DNA of 64,000 bases from Alphaproteobacteria bacterium (GTDB taxonomy: Bacteria; Pseudomonadota; Alphaproteobacteria; UBA828). The stretch is taken from positions 2,080,001 through 2,144,000 of the forward strand of contig CBDEFM010000002.1 of the NCBI GenBank assembly GCA_965237415.1, in the 5' to 3' direction. The notes under the pieces were generated by a model. The model did not search any database, was not told the DNA's origin, and was given only the letters and a program-made list of their open reading frames with translations. Below, in pieces: positions 40,545 to 49,408 of the stretch; within the stretch, counting starts at the first letter, position 1, and each line of letters begins with the position of its first letter. Position numbers and translations under genes: made by a program.

Positions 40545-40823
40545 CTAACCGTCATTCACCGCGTCCCTGAGCGGCTTGCCCGCCCTGAATGACGGTGTCT
40601 TCGAGGCCGGTATGGAAAGCACCTCGCCGGTCTGCGGGTTGCGCCCGGTACGGGCTGCCCGGCTCCTGGCGGCAAAGGTTCCGAAACCCGCAAGCCGAAC
40701 TTCCTCGCCCTTCGCCAGAGCCTCGCCGATCGCTTCGAACACGCCGTCGACCGCATTCTTTGCCACGGCCTTGCTCAATCCCAGCCGATCGGCCAGACGA
40801 TCGCTGATATCCGACTTGTTCAT
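40545..40823 (-). CDS. hup: HU family DNA-binding protein
   Basis: MNKSDI..., GEEVRLAGFGTF, RTGRNPQTGE, PSFRAGKPLRDAVN. Confidence 0.92.
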   Translation of the reverse strand: MNKSDISDRLADRLGLSKAVAKNAVDGVFEAIGEALAKGEEVRLAGFGTFAARSRAARTGRNPQTGEVLSIPASKTPSFRAGKPLRDAVNDG

Positions 40824-41049
40824 GCTCCCGCTCCCTGAGCTCGCGGAGGCCCAGTTTCCCGAGCCTGAGTAGCACGCTACGGTGTCCGGCGCGAGGCGCG
40901 GTTTCTCTCCGGCGGTTCGCGCGCCAGAACCCGGCGCCACTTTCGATTCGGCACAGCCAGGCCGGCTGCACACCGACCGTCCACGCCGAATATGCCACCA
41001 TCATCCGTGTCTTCCGCGTTCGGCAATAGCGCAACCCGCGAAGCCGCCG

Positions 41050-41312
41050 TCATCCTGGCCCGAACAGCGCATGGATGTCCTCTTCCGTGAGCGTCAGCGC
41101 GCCCTGGCCCGTGCCCTCGAAAAAGGCGTCCGCCAGGGCTTACTTGCGAAGCTGCATCCGCTGAATGGCGGCCTCCACGGTATTTTCGGCGATCAGGCGA
41201 TCAACCAATACCGGCTTGTCCTGACCGCTCCGGTGCGCCCGGTCCATCGCCTGTCGTTCCACCGCCGGGTTCCACCACGGATCGTAGACGATCACGGTGC
41301 CGGCCGCGGTCA
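41050..41312 (-). pseudogene. SNF2-family helicase C-terminal fragment
   Basis: [37 protein letters not shown]; in-frame stop at 41140, then ALADAFF...EEDIHALF continues. Confidence 0.8.
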
Positions 41313-41598
41313 CCCGAGCAGACGCCGCAGCCGCCCGATCCGCTGGTTTCCGGGTCGACACCGATCGCATCTCATCCGCGCGCACCCGGTGCGGCATCAC
41401 GCCGCTGCCTTCCGCGGCCTGCAAGGCCGCCCCGCTTCAGCCGATCCGGCCCTCGCGCGATCGATCCTGCCTTGCCGGCTCATCCCTGCCGCCCTGCCGC
41501 CGAGAGCGAGAGGGGGGCCGTGACGCGAGCGGCGGGCGGACGTTCGGGGAAAGGGCGCGCCCGCCGTTCCCACCCACGGACCGGGAGGAGGCCGGACG

Positions 41599-41922
41599 AT
41601 GCGGATTGCCGGAGCCATTCATCGCAGCGCCAGGACGTATTTGATCCACGAGTTCGGCCACGGCCTTGCCGGCGACCGCTACGTCGTCGAAAGGTATCGC
41701 TCGCTCTCCGATGGGGAGATCCGACCCGTCCAGGCCCAGCAGCCGAAGACCAAGGGGCGGTGCAAGTCGCGGCGCACAATCGCGAGCGTGAGCACCGTCA
41801 AGCGGATGCGGCCCGAGCGCGACGAGATCATCGTCTGTACCGCGCTCAACCTCAAAGGATCTGGAATCCAGCTATGGGGCGTCGCCGCCACGGGCCTGTA
41901 CGCCGCCCGCAACGTGCGCTGA
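41599..41922 (+). CDS. hypothetical protein
   Basis: 107-aa ORF with a GGAGGAGG RBS, just upstream of the Cys-rich ORF. Confidence 0.45.
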   Translation: MRIAGAIHRSARTYLIHEFGHGLAGDRYVVERYRSLSDGEIRPVQAQQPKTKGRCKSRRTIASVSTVKRMRPERDEIIVCTALNLKGSGIQLWGVAATGLYAARNVR

Positions 41923-41936
41923 GCGGGGCGCCGATC

Positions 41937-42755
41937 ATGCCTGACCAGGACCCCGCGAAGGAACGGGCTGACGGTCGCCTTCGCCAGCGGCTGCGCCATG
42001 CCGAGCGCGTCGCACAGGGTTTGTGCACGCGATGCAGCAAGGCCCCACCGGAGCCCAACCGCAAGATGTGCCGCAGCTGCAGCGAGAAGCGGCGTGCCGC
42101 CGACCGAGCCCGTTGCGCCAAAGCCAGGGCGCAGGGTGTGCCCTACGGCGGTCGCGATCCGGTTCTGTGCCGCCATGCTGACCGCGCCGGGGACAGGCGC
42201 CGCCGCCGGGCGCGGCGCGACGCAGGACTCTGCACATCTTGCGGTCGTCACCCTCCCGCCGATGGCGGTTCCGTCTGCGATCCCTGCCGCGAGGCACGCC
42301 GCGCGTTCGACCGCCGGCGCTACGCGGCACGCAAGGCCGCCGGCGTCTGCGTGCGCTGCTGCCAGCCTGCATTGGGCGGCACATCTCGCTGTGGCCGGTG
42401 CTCGGCGCTCGAAACGGAACGCCCCTCATCCGAACGCAGGAGCGCCACTAGCAAGAAGCGCTACGCCAGACGGCGTGCAACCGGGGCATGTGTTGATTGC
42501 GGGGTGCATTCCGCTGGCTGGGCCCGCTGTCCGACCTGCTCGTACCGGTCCAATGTACGCGCGCCCATGCGTGACGGCCTGCCGGCCTGGCCGCCGTCCT
42601 ACACCGTGATCGAGCTGGAGACCGGGGTCGACCTCGGGTCGTTCGAGCATGAAGCCGAGGTGGCGGCCTGCCTCGCCTTTGCCGGCCTGCGGCCCGACCA
42701 GGTGGAAATCCGCTCGGATGCAAATCTCATGTCAATTGACGTGGCCACATCGTAG
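41937..42755 (+). CDS. Arg/Cys-rich protein with four CxxC...CxxC repeats
   Basis: CTRC/CRSC, CTSC/CDPC, CVRC/CGRC, CVDC/CPTC separated by basic helices; acidic C-terminal domain. Confidence 0.7.
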   Translation: MPDQDPAKERADGRLRQRLRHAERVAQGLCTRCSKAPPEPNRKMCRSCSEKRRAADRARCAKARAQGVPYGGRDPVLCRHADRAGDRRRRRARRDAGLCTSCGRHPPADGGSVCDPCREARRAFDRRRYAARKAAGVCVRCCQPALGGTSRCGRCSALETERPSSERRSATSKKRYARRRATGACVDCGVHSAGWARCPTCSYRSNVRAPMRDGLPAWPPSYTVIELETGVDLGSFEHEAEVAACLAFAGLRPDQVEIRSDANLMSIDVATS

Positions 42756-42865
42756 CCATCCCACGGGGAACAACGCGACCGGCAGGGACCCGGAAGAGCC
42801 CGCGGGCGCCGGGGGGATGATCCCGGCACCCGCGCGCCCCGCCGGCGTGGAGACAGGAGGATGCC

Positions 42866-43150
42866 TTACGACCGCGCCGGCTCGACAATGATACGACCGC
42901 GGCCCCGCCTGAGGAGATAGCCGCCGCGCGGGATCGCCAGAGTGCCCTGCTCGACCAGCGGCCATAACGTGTCCACGATCAACGCCACGCTCCCCTCCGC
43001 CTTCGTTGCTCGCCGTTGCGACGACAGCCACGCGGCGAAGGCGCGCTCGCCGACCTCGTCGCCAACACTCCTGCGCAGCGCGGTGAGCTTGCGCCGCTGC
43101 CCCTTGGTCAGCGCGCTTTCGTCGATCCTACCGCTCGATGCCTCATCCAT
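42866..43150 (-). CDS. small hypothetical protein
   Basis: 94-aa ORF (LTKGQRRKLTALRRSVGDEVG...GGYLLRRGRGRIIV). Confidence 0.55.
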   Translation of the reverse strand: MDEASSGRIDESALTKGQRRKLTALRRSVGDEVGERAFAAWLSSQRRATKAEGSVALIVDTLWPLVEQGTLAIPRGGYLLRRGRGRIIVEPARS

Positions 43151-43221
43151 GATCGCGTCCCCGCCTGGCCGACTCCAATCCGTGCCGCAATTATATATGT
43201 AGCGACGCCTCCCCGGCGGGC

Positions 43222-43368
43222 CTATCCCTCTTGCCCGGCGCCGGCTACGCCGTCGCCAATTACTTGTTTCAGGATCGGCGAGGCCCGGAACACCACGACG
43301 CGGCGCGCCGCGATCGCCGCCGCCTCGCCGGTCTTCGGGTTGCGGCCCATGCGGCGCCCTTTGTCGCG
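43222..43368 (-). pseudogene. IHF-alpha-like gene, 3' half only
   Basis: [37 protein letters not shown]...*; the codon before is TAG, at the end of the 184-bp element. Confidence 0.8.
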
Positions 43369-43369
43369 C

Positions 43370-43553
43370 TAGTGGCAGTCTATCCGCGTGTCGCGAGGTC
43401 GAGTGCAGCCTAACCAGTTGTTACAACGTCATATTGCACAAACTGGCTAGTCCTGCACCAACACCCACGACAGCAAGGTGTAAGTAAAACGCAAGAGGAT
43501 TGTAAATTACTCAGGCGTACCACAGAGCGCCCCAGTCAAATCAGTGCCCATCT
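43370..43553. repeat. 184-bp non-coding element, copy B
   Basis: Gap-free ~83% match to 30416-30599 in the same orientation. Confidence 0.8.
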
Positions 43554-43873
43554 TATGTCTCGAACGTAGTGAGCATTCCGTCGGCGGGTGGCGGAGGTGG
43601 GGGCAACCGACCGATCCTTCCGCCCTGCGTGCGCTCTCAACAACGATCCCGGCGAACCGTCACCCAGCGACGAATCGAATTGCAGCGCATGGCAGCCGTT
43701 CAGTAAGGCCGTGATTGGTCGCCGGCGAGAGAGATCGTCGCCAGGACTGGCACGGTTCGCTGTTCTTTCCGTACTCGGCCCTCATGGCCAGCACACTTGC
43801 CCAATGCGCGGTGGCAGGACGTCCGCGCGAACCGCGCGGCACAGCCAGAACTCTCACCGATCATCAGGTCTAG

Positions 43874-44152
43874 GATCGTGTCCCGTGAGGTGGTGTAGAA
43901 GCCTGGCGTCCGTTGCGGCATCCGGCGGTTGGGCCGGGACGCTCAGGCTGCCACGGCGGGCAGCTTGATGGTCGGATTGTCGCTGGTCTGAGCGATCGAT
44001 TCCAGCGTCATATATCTCCTTGAGACGGCCCACTCGTCGTTCTGCTCGAGGAGTATTGCACCGACGAGGCGGGTGATGGCGTCTTCGTTAGGGAAGATGC
44101 CGACAACGTTGGTGCGGCGCTTGATCTCGGCATGGAGGCGTTCGAGTGGGTT
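43874..44152 (-). mobile_element. IS256-family remnant (transposase C-terminus plus right end)
   Basis: NPLERLHAEIKRRTNVVGIFPNEDAITRLVGAILLEQNDEW; end sequence CTACACCACCTCACGGGACACGATC. Confidence 0.85.
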
Positions 44153-44291
44153 CATAACCGGTATGAAGATGTCGGTGCCGCTCTCTCCGTCACGGTCCTT
44201 GGGGCTGTGACGTATGGTGTGAGTTGGCCCCACCTTTTCGGACAGTTTGGCGGCTGACCTAAGGTGTATTCCGGTTTATTCCGGTTTTCGT

Positions 44292-45227
44292 TCAGGCCGC
44301 CAGAATCCCCTTGAACCGACCTTCCTGTTGCTGCTGTTGCGCCTGTGGAGATGTGGGCAAGGCGCGGAGCGGCTTGTCCATCATATCCACAGGCGTCTCG
44401 CCTCGGTAGGCCTCGGCCGGGGTTCTCTCACCCAGCGCCGAGTGCGGCCTCTCGGCGTTGTAAAAGCGGAGCCATTCGCCGATCAGGCGCCGGGCGGTGA
44501 GGCCGTCGGCGATCTCGTGCAGATAGATCGCCTTGTATTTGAGCGAGCGCCACAGCCGCTCGATGAAGATATTGTCCATGCACCGGCCCCTGCCATCCAT
44601 CGAGATCCGGATGCCGGAGGCCTGCAGGCGTCCGGTGAAGACGAAGCTGGTGAACTGGCTGCCCTGGTCGGTGTTGAAGATCTCCGGCGCGCCATGCCGG
44701 GCCAGAGCCTCGTCGAGAGCCTCAACGCAGAAGCTTGCATCCAGCGTGTTCGACAGCCGCCAGGCCAGGACGTAGCGGCTCGCCCAGTCCATGATCGCCA
44801 CCAGGTAGAGGAAGCCGCGGCTCACCGGGATGTAGGTGATGTCGGCGCACCAGACATGGTTCGCCCGTTCGATCGCCAAGCCCCTGAGCAGGTAGGGCCA
44901 GACCCGGTGCTCGGGGTGGGGCGCGCTGGTCCGTGGCGCCCGATAGACCGCCTGAAGCCCCATCAGGCGCATCAGACGACCGGCCCGGCGGCGGCCGATG
45001 TACACGCCTTCGCGGCGCAGATGACGGACCATCTGGCGGGCGCCGTAAAACGGGTACTTCAGGAACAGCTCGTCGACCCGCCGCATCAGTGCCAGCGTCT
45101 CCGCGCTCTCCCCCTTCGGCTCGTAGTAGAGCGACGAGCGCCCGATCGACAGCAGGCGGCATTGCCGGCTCAGGCTCAGCGCCGGGTGATCGCGCACCGC
45201 CAGCGCGCGGCGTTCCGACCGGCTCAT
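44292..45227 (-). CDS. IS3-family transposase OrfB (DDE)
   Basis: WCADITY, AIMDWASR, NTDQGSQFTS, DNIFIERLWRSLK, YNAERPHSAL. Confidence 0.92.
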   Translation of the reverse strand: MSRSERRALAVRDHPALSLSRQCRLLSIGRSSLYYEPKGESAETLALMRRVDELFLKYPFYGARQMVRHLRREGVYIGRRRAGRLMRLMGLQAVYRAPRTSAPHPEHRVWPYLLRGLAIERANHVWCADITYIPVSRGFLYLVAIMDWASRYVLAWRLSNTLDASFCVEALDEALARHGAPEIFNTDQGSQFTSFVFTGRLQASGIRISMDGRGRCMDNIFIERLWRSLKYKAIYLHEIADGLTARRLIGEWLRFYNAERPHSALGERTPAEAYRGETPVDMMDKPLRALPTSPQAQQQQQEGRFKGILAA

Positions 45228-45508
45228 CGACCCGATCCGCGTGACAAAATATCCCGCTCAACGATCAGCTCCCCGATCTTCGCGTGAAGATCGCGGACCT
45301 CGCCCTCATGATCCCGGGCCCGACCCTCGGCGCCCTTCGAGAACACCTCGCCAAGCCCCTCGATCGCCTGGCGCTTCCAGGCGCCCACCTGGTTCGGGTG
45401 AACCTGGTATTTCGAAGCGATCTCCTGCAGCGTCCGGTCGCCCCGAAGCGCCTCAAGCGCCACCTTCGCCTTCAGTTCCCCTGAAAACCTGCGTCGCTTG
45501 CTACTCAT
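45224..45508 (-). CDS. IS3-family transposase OrfA (HTH)
   Basis: RRRFSGELKAKVALEAL..TLQEIASKYQVHPNQV..WK; ATGA overlap with orfB. Confidence 0.9.
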   Translation of the reverse strand: MSSKRRRFSGELKAKVALEALRGDRTLQEIASKYQVHPNQVGAWKRQAIEGLGEVFSKGAEGRARDHEGEVRDLHAKIGELIVERDILSRGSGR

Positions 45509-45574
45509 CTGTATCCCTCCGTCAAGCGGTGGAATACACCTTATCGACCTGTCCGATTTTCCGGGGCCACCTCA

Positions 45575-45666
45575 GACCCGGCTGCACGAGCTCCTACCCT
45601 GGCACTGGAAGGCTGATCTCGAGCAGGCCCTCGCCGCATAGCCTGCGGCCCCCGCCGGATGCTTAC
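45575..45666 (+). mobile_element. IS66 remnant (transposase C-terminus plus right end)
   Basis: RLHELLPWHWKADLEQALAA* followed by CCGGATGCTTAC. Confidence 0.8.
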
Positions 45667-45670
45667 CACT

Positions 45671-46300
45671 CTATTGCAATGCCTGCGGATTATTCGCCAA
45701 GTATCGCCACATTACGACATCCACGACACTTCTTGGCTCACCAGTCACTCTCGAAATCTCTCTACACACCTCAAATGCGTCCTTGAAACCGAACTTTTTC
45801 GCCAACCGTGACAAGTGTCGATCAGGCTTTACAACGTCCAATCCCAAGTTTTTAGCCAAGTGCCAAGTCGTTATTGGTCCAATTTGAGGAAATTTTCGAA
45901 ACTCCGTTATAGGATCCCTTTCTATAGATTCTCTAACTGCGTCGAATCCCTCCGCATACACACGGCGCGCTATATCGAGTATAGCCGCAAGTTTCCGCTC
46001 GTTTCTAAACGCGCTCCTAGCGCAAATGCGACATATCGGGTCTGCCTCTACGATCGCCTCCGCAGACTCCCAGTCACAAAAGCATAAGGACACATATCCA
46101 AATCGCTCGCGAATGATTCTCTCACTAAATCCGGAACAAAGAACAACCCATGCCGTCTCCCTCAACAAGTCTGTCTCCGTGAAACTCGCGAACTGCAAGT
46201 TTCTCTGCCACTTTACCTCGTGCCTCCACTCTTCCCTGCTCGAATACCACGAAGCATCCGCAAAAAAAAGAAGCGCCCCCCTCAAATCAGCCTTTCTCAT
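45671..46300 (-). CDS. OGG/HhH-type N-glycosylase/DNA lyase-like protein (type IV CBASS Cap11-like)
   Basis: AWVVLCSGF, FPQIGPITTWHLAKNLG, VKPDRHL, VVDVVMW. Confidence 0.75.
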   Translation of the reverse strand: MRKADLRGALLFFADASWYSSREEWRHEVKWQRNLQFASFTETDLLRETAWVVLCSGFSERIIRERFGYVSLCFCDWESAEAIVEADPICRICARSAFRNERKLAAILDIARRVYAEGFDAVRESIERDPITEFRKFPQIGPITTWHLAKNLGLDVVKPDRHLSRLAKKFGFKDAFEVCREISRVTGEPRSVVDVVMWRYLANNPQALQ

Positions 46301-46880
46301 GTTTGCCCCTTTTGACGTTATCCTTCCACCAAAACTTCATTTTTGTCATCACTAGAGATGCTGACGGGTGAGAGTCGAGGTGCCTGCTCAGTGCGATTTT
46401 TCTCAAATGTCTGCGCTTTTGTGGCAAGAAATCTGCCTCCGAAACTGCTTCTCCAACGGCCCCCGCCAAATCGTACTGCGCCAAGACTCGCCGTATCGCC
46501 GACTCATCACGGTTGCTAGCAGTCAATATATAACCTGCTTCCCGTTTCACCGCCGCATACAGTTCGAACGTCCGTCTGTGAGCATTCGCCCTGCCCATCC
46601 AATCGACCTTCAGTTGTATGAGCGTCAGCATGAAGGTCGCGAAGCCCAATAAACCCATCCAGATCCTATCATTCATATCAAATGGCGTGAGCTGAAAGCC
46701 AATTTGTGGTTCGACAAAAGCCAACGCGACCAGCCACAGAGCTATAGCGAGCCTTGCAACGTCAAGGGTTAGTGCTCGCCGCTGATACCTGTCGCGCAAA
46801 CCCGCGTGAGCACTACAAAGCATATCTGAAACCCGCCTTACTCGCGCAAGCTCTGCATAAATATCTGCGCACTCGCTCAT
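46287..46880 (-). CDS. two-TM SLATT-like effector
   Basis: AHAGLRDRY then two hydrophobic segments, DW..RANAH; ATGA-coupled to the nucleotidyltransferase. Confidence 0.7.
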   Translation of the reverse strand: MSECADIYAELARVRRVSDMLCSAHAGLRDRYQRRALTLDVARLAIALWLVALAFVEPQIGFQLTPFDMNDRIWMGLLGFATFMLTLIQLKVDWMGRANAHRRTFELYAAVKREAGYILTASNRDESAIRRVLAQYDLAGAVGEAVSEADFLPQKRRHLRKIALSRHLDSHPSASLVMTKMKFWWKDNVKRGKHEKG

Positions 46881-47821
46881 TCATCCAATCCAAACAGCGC
46901 TCGCCACTGCGCCAAAGATCTAGCAGCAGTCGCATTTCTCATTCTTCGGGCAATTCTGCCCAACAAATGGCTCGCTGCCTTTCGTTCCGGACTCTCAGCT
47001 GCACCGAGATACCCGTCCACATGAACTGACTGTCCTGTGCTATCCCTTATGGGCCTCAATACGAACTCACGTGCCCGTTCAAAAAACTCTGGGAGCATCG
47101 CTGCAGTCGATTTCACACCACTATAGTTGCGAAATATAGAGATAGCAAGAGATTCAGTGTGATAACCACTTAATCTACGTGTCTCTGGTAGTTGACCTAT
47201 AACTGCCTTTATCAATTTAATGGTTGGCACTAGCTTGCCGCCACATTCCGCATTGCGCCGTGTAAGAGCTTCCTGAAATTTTTGTGGATCAATCAACGAC
47301 CACGAATTTCGATCTCTTGAAGAGGGAACCTGAAACTTCCCGTCCGCTGTACGCAGCGCCGGAAGTAGCTGAACTACCACACCATCACCATAGTCTAGCG
47401 TTACTGCCATTTGACCAACAGACACAGTGGCTAGTCCACGTAGCTCCTGGGACAAGATATCCCGCATCCGCACAAGCGCTTCCCTAGGTGCCTCGTTCAT
47501 TAGGCCACTCTCGTTAATCAGCAGTAACGAGTCGATGTCACTAAGCCCGTTTACGTATGTATGTTTTGCTACAGAACCACCATAAAGGTGCTCAAATGGT
47601 CCTCTTAGTGCGTCACCCAACAGTTCGCTCAGCCCATCCAGCAACTCTCGCGCGGTCTCAGTGTCGCGCGCGTTATACTGACCCAACAGCTCCCCCAACC
47701 CAACGGCCAACTCAGTGTCGAACGCCACGTCCCTTGTTTTGTCTTCTTCCTTGCGAACCTGCTCACGCAATGCCGCTGGGCTTCGGTAGACGAATGCACC
47801 ACCACTGCCGCTTCCGCCCAT
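46877..47821 (-). CDS. CD-NTase / SMODS-type nucleotidyltransferase (CBASS cyclase)
   Basis: GGSVAKHTYVNGLSDID, VQLLPA, LVPTIKLIK, LSGYHTESL; start reassigned to MGGSGSGG, 1 nt after the upstream stop, with a GGAG RBS. Confidence 0.85.
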   Translation of the reverse strand: MGGSGSGGAFVYRSPAALREQVRKEEDKTRDVAFDTELAVGLGELLGQYNARDTETARELLDGLSELLGDALRGPFEHLYGGSVAKHTYVNGLSDIDSLLLINESGLMNEAPREALVRMRDILSQELRGLATVSVGQMAVTLDYGDGVVVQLLPALRTADGKFQVPSSRDRNSWSLIDPQKFQEALTRRNAECGGKLVPTIKLIKAVIGQLPETRRLSGYHTESLAISIFRNYSGVKSTAAMLPEFFERAREFVLRPIRDSTGQSVHVDGYLGAAESPERKAASHLLGRIARRMRNATAARSLAQWRALFGLDE

Positions 47822-47822
47822 A

Positions 47823-48794
47823 TCACTCTCCAACTTCTTCCATGACGCTTTCCAGGGATTGCCGGAAAAGGTCTCGGTGATGCCCAAATACATTGGGGTC
47901 GTGATCCTGCAAGTACCGGCGCATCTCTAACTCTAGTTCTCTTATATAGTAGTAGTTATCGTTCCAACAGCGTCCATCAATTACGTGCGCCTTCGTAGTC
48001 ACACCATATTTTACTGCTCCGTAGTTGTGCTTATATACTGTGTAGCCGTCACTAAAGGCGAACCGCAACCAGGTTAACCCATCGAATATATCCGCCCCGG
48101 CCAAAAAGTATAAGGGCGTAGTAACGGTGTCAAGACTGCCAAACACGTGTATGGGTGTCTCTAAATCAACCTTGGTGAGAGCAAGACGCAGACGAGCTAT
48201 ATTTTTCATTCGATCAAGAATGGAATTGCCTACCTCCTTCTCAGTCACCCCAATAACATCGAATTCGCCTAGCTGGCGGACATGATCTATTACGCTTTGA
48301 ATCTTTAACAGTGTTTGCCCACCGGTTTCAGGCTTAAAAAGAACTTCCCTGAGACAGTCCCCCTGGGGTAGCTCCATTTGAAGCGCACGTTCAATTTGTG
48401 ACTTTACCGGCAGCCGCTCATCAGGGTGATCATAGCTTATAATCACAGTAGGCACGCCGGACCTCCACTTGGTCAACTCGCTAGCGTGCATTTCTTGTGA
48501 CCAGAGCTTAGGAATATGCTCCCTGTCGCCAAAGTCTGAGAGCTCTCGGTCCTTCGACGCCTCGTAACCCCCACTGTCCAAAAAAATGAGAGAAGGAAAA
48601 TTTAATGATGGAAGCCGCTGTTCGTAATAGAGGTCGTATGCACTAACCAAGGTAGCGCCATCAATAAGTTCAGAGCTGTATTCCACAATTTTATGAATGT
48701 CAAGGAATCCCTTACTCGAAAACGACGGGACAAGAAGGGGAGTTCTTTCAACCTCCATGTTGTGCAGCTTCAAACTGCGGCGTTGTGCTAGCAT
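47823..48794 (-). CDS. tRNA-guanine transglycosylase (TGT)-like protein (Cap10-like)
   Basis: TPLLVPSFSSKG, IFLDSGGYE, PIHVFGSLD, AGADIFDGLTW. Confidence 0.8.
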   Translation of the reverse strand: MLAQRRSLKLHNMEVERTPLLVPSFSSKGFLDIHKIVEYSSELIDGATLVSAYDLYYEQRLPSLNFPSLIFLDSGGYEASKDRELSDFGDREHIPKLWSQEMHASELTKWRSGVPTVIISYDHPDERLPVKSQIERALQMELPQGDCLREVLFKPETGGQTLLKIQSVIDHVRQLGEFDVIGVTEKEVGNSILDRMKNIARLRLALTKVDLETPIHVFGSLDTVTTPLYFLAGADIFDGLTWLRFAFSDGYTVYKHNYGAVKYGVTTKAHVIDGRCWNDNYYYIRELELEMRRYLQDHDPNVFGHHRDLFRQSLESVMEEVGE

Positions 48795-49408
48795 CCGAGC
48801 ATGCTTCGGTCATGACAAGACAGGCATGTTCCGCAAGGAGGTTCTGCTCCTGCTTCACAACTATATGTTTGGTCAATCGGAAGGTCGGAGTTGCAAAAAT
48901 AGGAGAAAATATCTGACTTCGACCACGTAACAAAAGGTGCAACAACAGTAACACGACCGTCGGTATGTTCCTTGATTACCCTATCGATGCTATCAATGAA
49001 ACTCTTGGAACAGTCATAATAGGGTGTACCAGAATGCACTCCGATGGAGAGAAGCTGAGTTCGAAAATTGTTGGAAAAGAGTGCCAGAAATAGAAACAAG
49101 GCGTTGCGCCCAAGCAGTTCCCCGGGGCCCGAGCGTGAGAGCCCGCTCACCGACAAGACACGAAATGGTATAGACAGAAACGTAGAGATTGACCTTGCTG
49201 ACCTAAGTTCAGGTCTACTCGCGGCTTGTCCGTAATCGATGAATAGGGCGTCCACAGAATAATTCTGTTGGAGCAAATAGTGCGCGCAGCAGGTTGAATC
49301 TATACCACCGCTCAGGAGGACCGTCGCTGATGCTTGTTCCTTCAAGGCGTATTCCTTCGCGCATCCCTTTGCATGTACAGTTGAAGCATTCGCTTCTGGA
49401 TCAGCCAA
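48788..49408 (-). CDS. QueC-like PP-loop protein (Cap9-like)
   Basis: VLLSGGIDS, FIDYGQ, GRNALFL, YYDC, TYSC...PCGTCLSC Zn site; start uncertain. Confidence 0.88.
   Translation of the reverse strand: MADPEANASTVHAKGCAKEYALKEQASATVLLSGGIDSTCCAHYLLQQNYSVDALFIDYGQAASRPELRSARSISTFLSIPFRVLSVSGLSRSGPGELLGRNALFLFLALFSNNFRTQLLSIGVHSGTPYYDCSKSFIDSIDRVIKEHTDGRVTVVAPFVTWSKSDIFSYFCNSDLPIDQTYSCEAGAEPPCGTCLSCHDRSMLGC

Larger units (their letters stand above)
44220..45574 (-). mobile_element. IS3-family insertion sequence
   Basis: TG...CA ends TGAGTTGGCCCCACCTTTTCGGACAG / TGAGGTGGCCCCGGAAAATCGGACAG (reverse complement); orfA plus orfB; no matching target duplication. Confidence 0.92.

Noticed and set aside
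39124-45666. One composite IS66 element from GTAAGCGTC to GATGCTTAC
   Set aside because: Flanking 8-mers do not match (TGCTCCAC vs CACTCTAT) and the interior is a mosaic, so the ends are treated as separate remnants.
47823-49408. Housekeeping queuosine genes or a Dpd DNA-modification cluster
   Set aside because: No queD/queE/folE or dpdB/dpdC nearby; the genes are low GC and coupled to a CD-NTase and a TM effector.
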